From Macrostomum lignano (lineage: Eukaryota), in NCBI GenBank assembly GCA_002269645.1, contig NIVC01000087.1, positions 310,001 to 374,000 on the forward strand: 64,000 bases of DNA. Direction: 5' to 3'. Both the position numbers and the translations under genes were made by a program. The notes beneath the pieces are model-generated. The model saw only the letters and a program-made list of their open reading frames with translations. It did no database searches and was not told the origin of the DNA. Below are positions 14,229 to 25,721 of the stretch, in pieces. Each line of letters opens with the position of its first letter. The stretch's first letter is position 1.

Positions 14229-16304
14229 ATGGCGCACCTGCCGCTGCTTCTGCTCATCCTGCCGGCTCTGCTGCCGTCCCCAACCGCTTCTGTTGGCATC
14301 GACTTTGCGCTGCACCGCTGCGAGCCCATCGCCGTGGAGGCCTGCCAGGGCATCGGCTACAACGCCACCACAAAGATGCACAATCTGGCTGGCCACGCCG
14401 AGCAGAGAGACGCCGAGGTGCTGGTGAGATCCTTCATGCCGCTCATCCACTACAAGTGCTCAGCGAACCTGCGCTTCCTCCTGTGCTCGGTGCTGACCCC
14501 GATGTGCGATCCGAAGTGGCCGAAGCCCATCGGGCCCTGCCGGCCGCTCTGCCAGCACGTGCGCAGCCGCTGCTCCCCGGTGCTGGCCGACTTCGGCTTC
14601 GAGTGGCCCGCCTTCCTCAACTGCAGCCGATTCCCGCTGAGCAACGCCCGTGGCGACGACATGTGCATGGCCGGCAGCCCGGAGGTCGACCCCGAAGAGG
14701 ACGGACCTGCCGGAGAGCCGGTCGGACGGCCCGGCAGAGGCGGCGGCAGCAGGGGCGGCAGCGGCGGCGCCGAGCCTGCCGAAGACTGGCGGCTGAACCT
14801 GGAGAAGTGGCTGCACGCGGTGCGCACTCAATCGTTCGGGCCGGACTGCGGCCACATGCGCAACCGGGAGCAGTACGTGTACATCAACCAGACCGCCGAC
14901 TGCCTGCTCCGCTGCGGTGCGCACGACCTGTTCAGCCAGGACGACAAGCGACTGGCCGACGCGTGGGTGGCGGTCCTGGCCACGCTGTGCGCCCTGAGCT
15001 CCCTGCTCACCATCGCCACGTTTCTAATGGACCGGTCGCGTTTCAAATACCCGGTCAGGCCGGTGCTGTTCATGGCGCTCTGCTACCTGTGCTACTCGCT
15101 GTCCTACTTTGTCCGGCTGGCGGCCGGGCGCGAGGCCGCCTCCTGCGACCGGGACCAGCTCAGCGGCAGCTCAGTGCTGATCCGGCACGGTCTGGACAAC
15201 ACCAACTGCGCCGTGGTCTTCCTGCTGCAGTACTTCTTCAGCATGGCCGCGTCTACCTGGTACGTGATGCTGGTGTTCACCTGGCTGCTGCAGGCCGGCT
15301 GGAAGTGGAGCCCGGAAGCCGTGGCAAGGAAGTCCTGCTACTTCCACCTGCCAGCCTGGGTTGTGCCCGTCTGCCTGACCGTCTGCGTCCTCATCGTGCG
15401 CAAGGTCGAGGCCGACGAACTATTCGGCATGTGCAACGTTGGCAACCAGAACTCGCACACCCTGCTGAGTTTTGTCATCGTGCCCAACGTGGTCTTCCTC
15501 GCCTTGGAGGTGATCTTCCTCTTAGCCGGCTTCGTGGCCATGGCCCGGGTCCGTCGCCACGTGAAATCCGACGGCCAGAAGACGAACAAGTTCGACATGC
15601 TGATGGGCAAGATCGGCCTGTTCTCGGCGCTGTACGTCGTGCCGAATGCCTGCATCACGGCCTTCAACATCTACGACTACTCGAGCCGCGACCTCTGGCA
15701 CGTGCCCGGCAGCCCCTACCGGCCGAGCTTGGCCGTCTTCCTCATCAAGGTGTTCGCCTCCCTAGTCATCGGCGTCACCACCATCCTGTGGATCTGGAGT
15801 GCCAAGACTCTGCAGACTTGGCGCCGACTTCTGGCGCCCTGGTCGGCGTCGTCGTCGGCGACGGCTTCGGCGGCCCAACGGCGCGGCGACAGAGGCTCCT
15901 CCGGCATCGGCGGCGGCCAGTACCCGAAGCTGCAGTATCAGCCGGCCGATCAGACGGACTCAGTGCAGCACAGGCAGGTGCAGCATCAGCACCAGATGTC
16001 CGCCATGCAGCATCACCAGCAGCAGCAGCAGCAGATTCCTCTGGCGCACCAGCAGCAGCAGGCTACGCAGCTGATGATGCAGCACGTACAGCAGATGCCC
16101 ACCCAGCATCACAGCGGCGGTAGGCAGCCGCAGCAGCCGCAGCCTCAGCCGCCGTCCTCTCTGGCCAGCGGATCTTCACCAGGCTGGGCCGGTGGCAGCG
16201 GCGGCAAGCAGCCAATGGTCACGGCTCACTTTGCCGGCGAGAACAAAGTGAAAAGTTTTCCCAATCAGCAGCAGAGAGACCTGCCCGAGTCCACCTTCCT
16301 TTAG
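14229..16304 (+). CDS. FZD4: Frizzled-4-like Wnt receptor (class F GPCR), 691 aa, intronless CDS
   Basis: Signal peptide (MAHLPLLLLILPALL). 10-Cys CRD (CEPIAVEAC...TKMHNLAGH...PIGPCRPLC...FGFEWP..LNCSRFP...MCM) close to FZD4 (TKMPNLVGH, PIGPC, FGFAWP, LNCSKFP, HMCM). 7TM with RFKYPVRP, CNVGNQN, LMGKIG (K6.32 as in FZD4) and WIWSAKTLQTW (FZD4: WIWSAKTLHTW; KTxxxW motif). Class I PDZ-type C-terminus -STFL. Confidence 0.95.
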   Translation: MAHLPLLLLILPALLPSPTASVGIDFALHRCEPIAVEACQGIGYNATTKMHNLAGHAEQRDAEVLVRSFMPLIHYKCSANLRFLLCSVLTPMCDPKWPKPIGPCRPLCQHVRSRCSPVLADFGFEWPAFLNCSRFPLSNARGDDMCMAGSPEVDPEEDGPAGEPVGRPGRGGGSRGGSGGAEPAEDWRLNLEKWLHAVRTQSFGPDCGHMRNREQYVYINQTADCLLRCGAHDLFSQDDKRLADAWVAVLATLCALSSLLTIATFLMDRSRFKYPVRPVLFMALCYLCYSLSYFVRLAAGREAASCDRDQLSGSSVLIRHGLDNTNCAVVFLLQYFFSMAASTWYVMLVFTWLLQAGWKWSPEAVARKSCYFHLPAWVVPVCLTVCVLIVRKVEADELFGMCNVGNQNSHTLLSFVIVPNVVFLALEVIFLLAGFVAMARVRRHVKSDGQKTNKFDMLMGKIGLFSALYVVPNACITAFNIYDYSSRDLWHVPGSPYRPSLAVFLIKVFASLVIGVTTILWIWSAKTLQTWRRLLAPWSASSSATASAAQRRGDRGSSGIGGGQYPKLQYQPADQTDSVQHRQVQHQHQMSAMQHHQQQQQQIPLAHQQQQATQLMMQHVQQMPTQHHSGGRQPQQPQPQPPSSLASGSSPGWAGGSGGKQPMVTAHFAGENKVKSFPNQQQRDLPESTFL

Positions 16305-16309
16305 GAGCG

Positions 16310-16315
16310 GTGAGT
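16310..16315 (+). other. Splice donor in the FZD4 3'UTR
   Basis: TAG GAGCG|GTGAGT, a perfect consensus donor 5 nt after the stop, followed by AT-rich sequence and a minisatellite as in the RhoGEF introns. Confidence 0.55.
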
Positions 16316-16359
16316 TCTCATGAGTTTCATAATCTGTTTTGAGTTTTAATACCCTAAAT

Positions 16360-16796
16360 ACATGAGTCCTAAGCACCCATAGACTATAGAGAATGAGTCC
16401 TAAGCACCCATAGACTATAGAGCATGAGTCCTAAGCACCCATAGACTATAGAGAATGAGTCCTAAGCACCCATAGACTATAGAGCATGAGTCCTAAGCAC
16501 CCATAGACTATAGAGCATGGGTCCTAAGCACCCATAGACTATAGAGCATGAGTCCTAAGCATGCACCCATAGACTATAGAGCATGAGGCCTAAGCACCCA
16601 TAGACTATAGAGCATGAGTCCTAAGCACCCATAGACTATAGAGCATGAGGCCTAAGCACCCATAGACTATAGAGCATGAGTCCTAAGCACCCATAGACTA
16701 TAGAGCATGAGGCCTAAGCACCCATAGACTATAGAGCATGAGTCCTAAGCACCCATAGACTATAGAGCATGAGTCCTAAGCACCCATAGACTATAA
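16360..16796. repeat. 31-bp minisatellite ATGAGTCCTAAGCACCCATAGACTATAGAGC
   Basis: Direct inspection. Confidence 0.95.
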
Positions 16797-18624
16797 ACCA
16801 CGGGTCGAAATTCGAGTTCTGCCTTTCATACGAAGCTTTAAATGCAGGCTTCTAGAGCAGTTACTAGACAATAATGCTAAATGATGTGTGCAAAAACAGC
16901 TTAAAATAAAAAATATATTTAGTGTCTGTGGAAGTGTAGGACACAGTGCCGGGGTGGGGTGGCTGGCCTGTGTGAGAAACCCGTCGGACAATCTGTCAGT
17001 CAAATTCTGCAAACAATGGGGGCTTGAAAAGTGGCGCTTGCCAACAATAGTGCGGAATAGGCAGAAAGACGGACAGAGCTCACAGCCTGGCTACCAAAAG
17101 AATTTATTAAAAAGCAATATCTTACGCGAGCGGTATAGAACAGACAAGAAGTGAGCAGAAGAAGACCTGTCTATAGAACTGAGAAGGGGCAAGTCAGCCT
17201 TTAGCAATAATAATAAGCCCTCTGAGCTGGCTGAGTCTACAACAATTGCCAACCAGCAGTCCCCATAGCTTAGGCCAGCTCTCTTATTCAGCCCTCAGTT
17301 AACAATAACAACTGCGCATAATGGGTAGCTTATAGAAGAGCTGCTCCGGTGGTGGCCTGACAGGCCTCAGCGCTTGTGTCCTGCTCACTTTTTTGACGAT
17401 TTTGACAGCACCGGGGGCAGCTCTGTCGTATGTCCCCCACTCCCTCCACTTCAAGCGGACCAACCCCCATTCTCTCTCTCTTGCCTCACCGCCAGCGACA
17501 GCTACAGCAGTAGCTATAGTGTTAGTTTTAGCTGATTTCAGAGCAGCAGCAGCAGCAGCAGCAGCAGACTTAATATTAGCTGACTGCGTGCGCCTCCGAC
17601 TTCCCTACAGACAGATACTATGGAAAGCATTCTCCCCCCGAGCCTAAGCCGCTCTTGACCCTGAAAACTCCATATATACTTCTATCCCTGTAGAAACAGT
17701 TCATTCTTGTTGAGATTTGAGCTGGGTGCGGTCTCTTTCCCTTATGACTACAGCTCCGAAGTGATCTGTTCGGACTTCTGGAGCCTGAACTTCTACTGAG
17801 TGTAGCATGATTTCATTGTAGAAAAATAATTTGACTCCTGAGCACAATACTGTACGAAGGCACAGCACTCGTACACTCGCTCACACGGGGTGTACAGCGG
17901 CCCTGACTGTCTAACCGTCAGGCATGTACACTACAAGCCCCCAAATGAATGTTGATCGCGCAAGGAATCGAGCCCAGGGACCCCGGGTTAGACGCGAGAT
18001 TCCAATATTAACAAAAATAACGCATCGATACAAAAACAAAGCCATTGATTTGTTGCAGGGAGCATCTGGTTCAATGAAACCCACCGAGACGCGATCGAGA
18101 GTCGACTCTTCGGACATCTGAACAAAAGTATTTTTTATGTCAAAAGACTTCTAACTTTCAAAACAACTTTGCGATTTTATTTACGATATTTTCTTCTTTT
18201 TCAATAACAATGCGCGGCCACAGCGGTTGGCGGCAGTCACAGTCAATGCAATTGCTGTACATGCTGCATACATTAATTACTACTTCTGTCACATTAGATT
18301 CAGAAACGCATGAGTACTGTAGTTCGTAGCGTAGCTTTCAAGTTTTTTTACTCTGCTTCTATCATAAAGTGCTTACTTCTATAATTTCCTGTGTATATTC
18401 TTCTCCACTCTTATCGAGCCCCAATATTGATTTCTAACAGCCCCAATCATTGCAGTTTGTTTTATTTTCAACTTCAAGACAGGAAGGAAGTCTTGCAGGC
18501 CAATAGACTTGGCTTGAAGCACCTTATATCGAGCTTATATGTACAATATGCGACTCAACTCTCTGCGTGTATTTTACCATGATGCAGAGTTATTGCTGCT
18601 TTACACTTCGGATCCATTTGCACC

Positions 18625-18820
18625 TGTCTGTCTGTCTGTGTGTCTGTCTGTCTGTCTGTCTTAGTGTCTTAGTGTCTGCCTGTCTCATGTCCATCCGCCT
18701 GTCTGTCTGTCAATCCCTGTCTGTCTATCTGTCAGTCTGTTATAGTGTCTGTCTGTCTGTCTGTTATAGTGTCTGTCTGTCTGTTATAGTGTCTGTCTGT
18801 CTATCTGTCTGTCTGTCAAT
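18625..18820. repeat. Degenerate (TGTC)n microsatellite
   Basis: Direct inspection. Confidence 0.85.
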
Positions 18821-19304
18821 CCAATCCCACTTTGCTCCTTCAGAAAGCTACCCAATGCAACAACCTGCAGTTTTCCATACCGAGCTTATATGTGGCAGTC
18901 GACACTTCTCTAGTCTCGTTACCCCAGCGCGTAACATATTGCACAATGAAGTGTAACATTATTTTTCAATGCTAAATAATGATTTATTATGAGTAGATCA
19001 ATATCCCCTCCAGTTGAATGCTGACCGCACCTTTGTCCCATGTTTGTAACTATGCGCGCACCAGCTTCATCGCAGTTCTTGCTCGTATTTAAATGCATAA
19101 AACTTTTATCAAGTAATTGTTTTACCAGTAACTCAATGAATTTTATAGGATTTTTTCTGAAAAACAATATTCAACGCGCAAATGCAAGTCTACATTATTT
19201 ACTGAATACTATTATATATATATATAATTAACAAAAAATCAAAGAATAAATTGGTAGCCTATTTTGTGTTCTCTTTCTTTTTCACTTGCTTCGTGAACAT
19301 CGAA

Positions 19305-19672
19305 GTACTTATCTAGCTTGTGAACTTATTGAGCTTGTGAACTTATTGAGCTTGTGAACTTATTGAGCTTGTGAACTTATTGAGCTTGTGTTAACTTATT
19401 GAGCTTGTGAACTTATTGAGCTTGTGAACTTATTGAGCTTGTGAACTTATTGAGCTTGTGAACTTATTGGGCTTGTGAACTTATTGAGCTTGTGAACTTA
19501 TTGAGCTTGTGAACTTATTGAGCTTGTGAACTTATTGAGCTTGTGAACTTATCTAGCTTGTGAACTACTTATTGAGCTTGTGAACTTATTGAGCTTGTGA
19601 ACTTATTGAGCTTGTGAACTTATTGAGCTTGTGAACTTATTGAGCTTATGAACTTTCAACATTATGAGCTTG
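19305..19672. repeat. 17-bp minisatellite GAGCTTGTGAACTTATT
   Basis: Direct inspection. Confidence 0.95.
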
Positions 19673-20499
19673 TCGAACTTAAAAACCATCAAGTTTGAGA
19701 AGTTTCGAGACTTTCCCTATATGACCTGTGATGAGTCGAAGAAATCGGTCCCAGCAGAGGCCCAGCTGTTCATAGCAAATGAGTTGCCGCACTTTGAATA
19801 GACGGGTATACAAGATAAAAACGGGCTGTGGACTCGGTGAGGCTGGACAAGACAAGCTTGAGAGGCCCGCTCATCATATTCTCAGCAGCTGTTTTCTTGG
19901 CCCTCTATCTGTCTAAACCGCCCGCTGTAGGCAGGACTGCAGGTCTACCATGAGCTGTTTTTCCTGCCTCCTCACAGCCGCAGCAGGGGTGTCAGTTATT
20001 GATGCAGCAGCAGCAGCAGCAGCAGCCATGACTGACGGCGGGCACACTTGACATGACACGTATGCCAGAGTTTGAGTGAGGTAGAAGAGACACAGGGAGG
20101 GGAGGGTCGCCACTGGGAGAGATAGAGAAGCCGTCTGAGTCTTTATAGAGATGTCAGGTATTAAGACTGATGCGGCGTCTTGCCTGCCTGATGAGACAGA
20201 CCGCTTTGCTCAGAAGCTATTCTTTGCAATACCCTGGGCGTCTCATCTAACATCTAACTGTATACTATGTTCGGCTTAGCTCTCCATCCATCTCTCACTC
20301 TATCTCTCATTCTCAAGCTATTGTCGAACGAGTCCCACAGTACAATATACGAGACACAAAAAGAACACTGCAACGAATTGAGCTGTCAATCTGTCATCAT
20401 GTCAACGAGCGGAGAAGAAACTCGAACGACGGCTGAGTTTTAGTAAAACTTGAATTTCCCAATTCGCAAAACTGCAACCATACACAGTCGGATATTTTC

Positions 20500-20692
20500 T
20501 TGGCCACAGACATTTGGAGACTTTATTGGTCATAGAAATTTGGACACTTTATCGGCCATGGACATTTGGAGACTCTATTGGCCATAGACATTTGAAGACT
20601 ATTGGTCATAGACATCAAGGGAATTTATTGGCCATAGAAATTTGGAGACTTTATTCGCCATAGACATTTGGAGACTCTATTGGCCATAGACA
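20500..20692. repeat. Diverged ~26-bp minisatellite GGCCATAGACATTTGGAGACTTTATT
   Basis: About 7 imperfect units. Confidence 0.8.
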
Positions 20693-21530
20693 ACCTTAGC
20701 TGGAGGGCCGCTGCCTGAAAAATAAGGAACCCAAAACACACACACTTCTATAGTCTCAGACGCGGATCTAGAATTGAAAGTCGATACTTTGCCTATCCTG
20801 AATGCCATATAAAGCATAGTCAGTAAGAATTAGGACAGCAGCTGGTGGAAGCCACCAAGGTGAAACTCGCTCGCCTCCTACACACCCGAGTTTGAAACTC
20901 AAACAAGAAACTCCCGCCTCGCCCCCGGGGCTACAACCCCCCCCCCCCCCCTATTTAAAGGCCGTTTTTCTCCTCCCTTTCATTATCTCGTTAAAGCAAA
21001 GCGAGCCCTGCATACAGGGTTAGTTATAGAAATAGACAGACCCTTTTGAGGGAGGAGTAACCCCATCATTTTCTTGTTTGCCGGAGCTCGCAAATTTGGT
21101 GGAGGGGGCGGGGAGGGTGGGTGAATTAATGAGCGGCTCAAAGCGAAGCTAGTCGAGTTGATGATGAAGCTTCGCTTGTAGAAGCTGCAAGTTAAGGCTG
21201 CTCTACCTGTATTGCTTTTTACGTCACTAGCTATCTTGGAATTGTATCGAAATGCATAATTAATTAGCTTATATCAAGCTATAAGCAGTCGGATTAGTTC
21301 TATGCTTCTTTCTGGTTTCCAGAGCTTCCGATTTGCTTTTTTACGTCCGCTGATTTTTTTTCGCTTCTTTTTGTCAACCGGGAAAAACAGATGTGGAAGC
21401 CGCTTTGTGGCGGGTGACTAAACCTGTGATGTGGCTGGTTGGAGAACTTGTTGAAAGGATTTCAGCTACTGTAGCGAGGCTGAGGGTGGGACTCTACTCA
21501 AGAAAGGAGTACCAACTGTCCTCAGGGTCC

Positions 21531-22015
21531 AGGCGCCATTTCTATTCTGATCTAGGCGCCATTTCTATTCTGATCTAGGCGCCATGTCTAGTCTGATCTA
21601 GGCGCCATTTCTATTCTGATCTAGGCGCCATTTCTATTCTGATCTAGGCGCCATGTCTAGTCTGATCTAGGCGCCATTTCTATTCTGATCTAGGCGCCAT
21701 TTCTAGTCTGATCTAGGCGCCATTTCTAGTCTGATCTAAGCGCCATGTCTATTCTGATCTAGGCGCCATTTCTAGTCTGATCTAAGCGCCATGTCTAGTC
21801 TGATCTAGGCGCCATGTCTAGTCTGATCTAGGCGCCATTTATATTCTGATCTAGGCGCCATTTCTATTCTGATATAGGCGCCATTTTTAGTCTGATCTAG
21901 GCGCCATTTCTATTCTGATATAGGCGCCATTTTTAGTCTGATCTAGGCGCCATTTCTATTCTGATCTAAGCGCCATGTCTAGTCTGATCTAGGCGCCATT
22001 TTTAGTCTGATCTAG
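21531..22015. repeat. 23-bp minisatellite AGGCGCCATTTCTATTCTGATCT
   Basis: Direct inspection. Confidence 0.95.
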
Positions 22016-22577
22016 ACACCTTCTCACTAGTTTTAAGCCGGAAACCTGAGCTCAGGTGCAATGCCCTGCATAGCAACACATGTCATTGCGGAGGTCAATA
22101 GGTTTCGCGGGTTCATCTCGCTTACAATTGAGAAGTTTTTTGACAATTAAACTCTTTCCTAATATGAAGGATAACGAAGCCGCGCGAAGAAGGGTGCTTG
22201 AAAGTGTCAGCTGTCTCATACATCCCAGTTAGCAAGCCCAATCATTCAGCTCCACTGCTCGTTAAAGAAGCACAGAAACCAAAATTGAAGCGCGCCCAGT
22301 GATAACCAACGACCTTTTCCATTGATTTTCAACTATCCCAAGCCAGTTGAGTTTATTGATTGTGAATCCTTTTATTTGGGAGAGCGGGTGAACCCGATTG
22401 TTTGTGCCACCGGGTTCGTGTCATGGTCTGACTGATTGACAGCTTGAAGGTCGACGAGTTGCGTTGAGGAAGGGGTGTGGTGGGAGCCAGGGTGAAGTTC
22501 AAGGATTGAGGTTGCAGGTTCATGCTGGAGCAGTGCTAACCTTCTTGGGTAGCAGGAGTAACGTTTTTTTCTAGGAA

Positions 22578-23608
22578 ACGGAGGAGAGCGGAGGGGAGCG
22601 GAGGGGAGCGGAGGGGAGCGGAGGGGAGCGGAGGGGAGCGGAGGGGAGCGGAGGGGAGCGGAGGGGAGCGGAGGGGAGCGGAGGGGAGCGGAGGCAGCGG
22701 AGGAGAGCGGAGGGGAGCGGAGGGGAGCGGAGGGGAGCGGAGAGACTGGAGGGGAGCGGAGGGGAGCGGAGGGGAGCGGAGGGGAGCGGAGGGGAGCGGA
22801 GGGGAGCGGAGGGGAGCGGAGGGGAGCGGAGGGGAGCGGAGGGAGCGGAGGGAGCGGAGGGAGCGGAGGGGAGCGGAGGGGAGCGGAGGGGAGCGGAGGG
22901 GAGCGGAGGGGAGCGGAGGGGAGCGGAGGGGAGCGGAGGGGAGCGGAGGGGAGCGGAGAGACTGGAGGGGAGTGGAGAGACTGGAGGGGAGCGGAGGGGA
23001 GCGGAGAGAGTGGAAGGGAGCAGAGGGGAGCAGAGGGGAGCGGAGGGGAGCGGAGGGGAGCGGAGAGAGTGGAGGGGAGCGGAGAGACTGGAGGGGAGTG
23101 GAGGGGAGCGGAGGGGAGCGGAGAGAGTGGAGGGGAGCGGAGGGGAGCAGAGGGGAGCGGAGGGGAGCGGAGGGGAGCGGAGGGGAGCGGAGAGGCTGGA
23201 GGGGAGCGGAGGGGAGCGGAGGGGAGCGGAGAGGCTGGAGGGGAGTGGAGGGGAGCGGAGAGGCTGGAGGGGAGTGGAGGGGAGCGGAGAGGCTGGAGGG
23301 GAGTGGAGGGGAGCGGAGACGCTGTAGGGGAGCGGAGGGGAGCGGAGGGGAGCGGAGAGGCTGGGGGGAGCAGAGAGGAGCGGAGAGGCTGGAGGGGAGT
23401 GGAGGGGAGCGGAGAGGCTGGAGGGGAGTGGAGGGGAGCGGAGAGGCTGGAGGGGAGTGGAGGGGAGCGGAGAGGCTGGAGGGGAGTGGAGGGGAGCGGA
23501 GAGGCTGGAGAGGAGCGGAGGGGAGTGGAGGGGAGCGGAGAGGCTGGAGGGGAGTGGAGGGGAGCGGAGAGGCTGGAGGGGAGCGGAGGAGAGCGGAGAG
23601 AAGCGGAG
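22578..23608 (+). repeat. G-rich (GGAGGGGAGC)n array with GGAGAGGCT variants
   Basis: Direct inspection. Confidence 0.95.
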
Positions 23609-24084
23609 GTTGGCTATTTCCACATTGTCTTATTTTGAAGATCTAAGATCATGGAGCCGAAAACTCAACTTTTCAAAGCTTACTCTCACTGCTTTCATTT
23701 TTTCCAAGAAGCGAGACAGTCACTGGCAAACAAGGGGAAAAAGCAAACAGATCCTGTGCCGAATCGTCCAGGTGTCCGGAGTGGTCCTTGTCTCGGACAA
23801 GGCAAGGCAAACTGCTCGTCCACTTTGGGATCGGATTTCATTGGCAGGCAGAATGCAGGGAGATGGAGTGCGACTTTTTCTACTACTTTTTTTTATCAGA
23901 TGCGTTGGTTCGATTCCTGTCACAGATATTTCAATCACTGTGCTCATGCAGATCGAGTTCTCAGTTTCTCTTGGTCCTCTGCATCTGCTTCTGAATTTCT
24001 ACTTCCCTCAATATTTCTGTCGCATCAGCAATGGCTCGGCATCTCAGCACTCGCTGCATCTCTCCCTTCAACCTTCTCTCCGCT

Positions 24085-24977
24085 GTCCTCCGCTCTCTTC
24101 CGCTCCCCTCCGCTCCACTCCGCTCCCCTCCGCTCCACTCCGCTCCCCTCCGCTCTCCTCCGCTCCTCTCCAGCCTCTCCGCTCCCCTCCACTCCCCTCC
24201 GCTCCTCTCCAGCCTCTCCGCTCCTCTCCAGCCTCTCCGCTCCCCTCCACTCCACTCCAGCCTCTCCGCTCCCCTCCACTCCCCTCCAGCCTCTCCGCTC
24301 CCTCCAGCCTCTTCGCTCCCCTCCAGCCTCTCCGCTCCCCTCCACTCCCCTCCAGCCTCTCCGCTCCCCTCCGCTCCCCTCCGCTCCCCTCCAGCGTCTC
24401 CGCTCCACTCCGCTCCCCTCCGCTCCCCTCCGCTCCCTCCAGCCTCTCCGCTCCCCTCCGCTCCCCTCCAGCCTCTCCGCTCCCCTCCGCTCCCCTCCGC
24501 TCCCCTCCGCTCCCCTCCAGCCTCTCCGCTCCCCTCCGCTCCTCTCCGCTCCCCTCCAGCATCTCCGCTCCCCTCCAGCATCTCCGCTCCCCTCCGCTCC
24601 CCTCCGCTCCCCTCCAGCATCTCCGCTCCCCTCCGCTCCCCTCCGCTCCCCTCCAGCCCCTCCGCTTCCCTCCAGCCTCTCCGCTTCCCTCCACTCCCCT
24701 CCAGCCTCTCCGCTCCTCTCCAGTCTATCCGCTCCCCTCCGCTCCCCTCCGCTCTCCTTCGCTCCCCTCCGCTCCCCTCTGCTCCCCTCCGCTTCCCTCC
24801 GCTCCCCTCCACTCCCCTCCGCTTCCCTCCAGCCTCTCCGCTCCCCTCCACTCCCCTCCAGCCTCTCCGCTCCCCTCCGCTCCCCTCCGCTCCCCTCCGC
24901 TCCCCTCCGCTCCCCTCCAGCCTCTCCGCTCCCCTCCGCTCCCCTCCAGCCTCTCCGCTCCCCTCCGCTCCCCTCCT
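24085..24977 (-). repeat. Inverted copy of the G-rich array, (GCTCCCCTCC)n with AGCCTCTCC variants
   Basis: Units and variants are reverse complements of 22578-23608. Confidence 0.95.
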
Positions 24978-25721
24978 GTCTCTTCTCTCCCGCATCGCAT
25001 CCATGACCCTATTAACACTATTCGCCACGGTCCTCTCTTCCATCGAGCACAAAGAGTGTTTTACCAAACTGAAACATTCAGAAAGCAGGAACAGAGACAG
25101 TCTTCCATTAGGAAAAATATTTTAATTATGAAAATTGAATTACAGGGGCAATGGATAAGCAAAACAGCCCAGCAATGGATACGTGAAAGCAATTAGAGAA
25201 AACAAACAATGAAGCAAAATGGATGGCTAAATTCTCACCTACCATTTGAAGCTCATCAAACAAGCTGGCCTCGTTAAATAACCTGCCAAACTGACTGACT
25301 GACGGGCGCCCGCATCTCAGGGCATTTTTATGTTACGAGTTAATTAAAAATTTATCGAAACAAATCAGTCTAGATTAACCATGCAGTTCGAATTTGTTAG
25401 AATGGCTTCAATGACTCACAGGGAAATGCTCAGGAGAACAACGGGTACAAAAGTGCTCTGTCTGCCTGTCTGCTCAAGAGTCAATATAGGAGGACTGTGC
25501 AAACACAAGTCAGTTAGTTGACTCGGCTATGCAAAGCCTAGCTATAGAGATTGTGAGCGAAATTGAAGCCAACTTTAATAACGATTTTCTAAGCCCAAGC
25601 CATGAAGTCCGCGCGCACTGGGTCAGTGTCAGGTCAATTCCCAATCTGTACTCTTTTATTGAGTTACCGAAGTGGAAGTTTTTTCGGTAGGCAGCTTTTG
25701 AGATGCTTTGTTCTCATTAAC

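Noticed and set aside
14456-16123. 555-aa alternative-frame ORF overlapping FZD4 (and shorter antisense ORFs)
   Set aside because: Arg/Ala/Pro/Gly-rich shadow expected from strong GC3 bias; no recognisable motifs.
23457-25196. 579-aa and 451-aa ORFs spanning the inverted G/C arrays
   Set aside because: Mostly translations of stop-free decamer repeats; the spacer translation has no recognisable domain.
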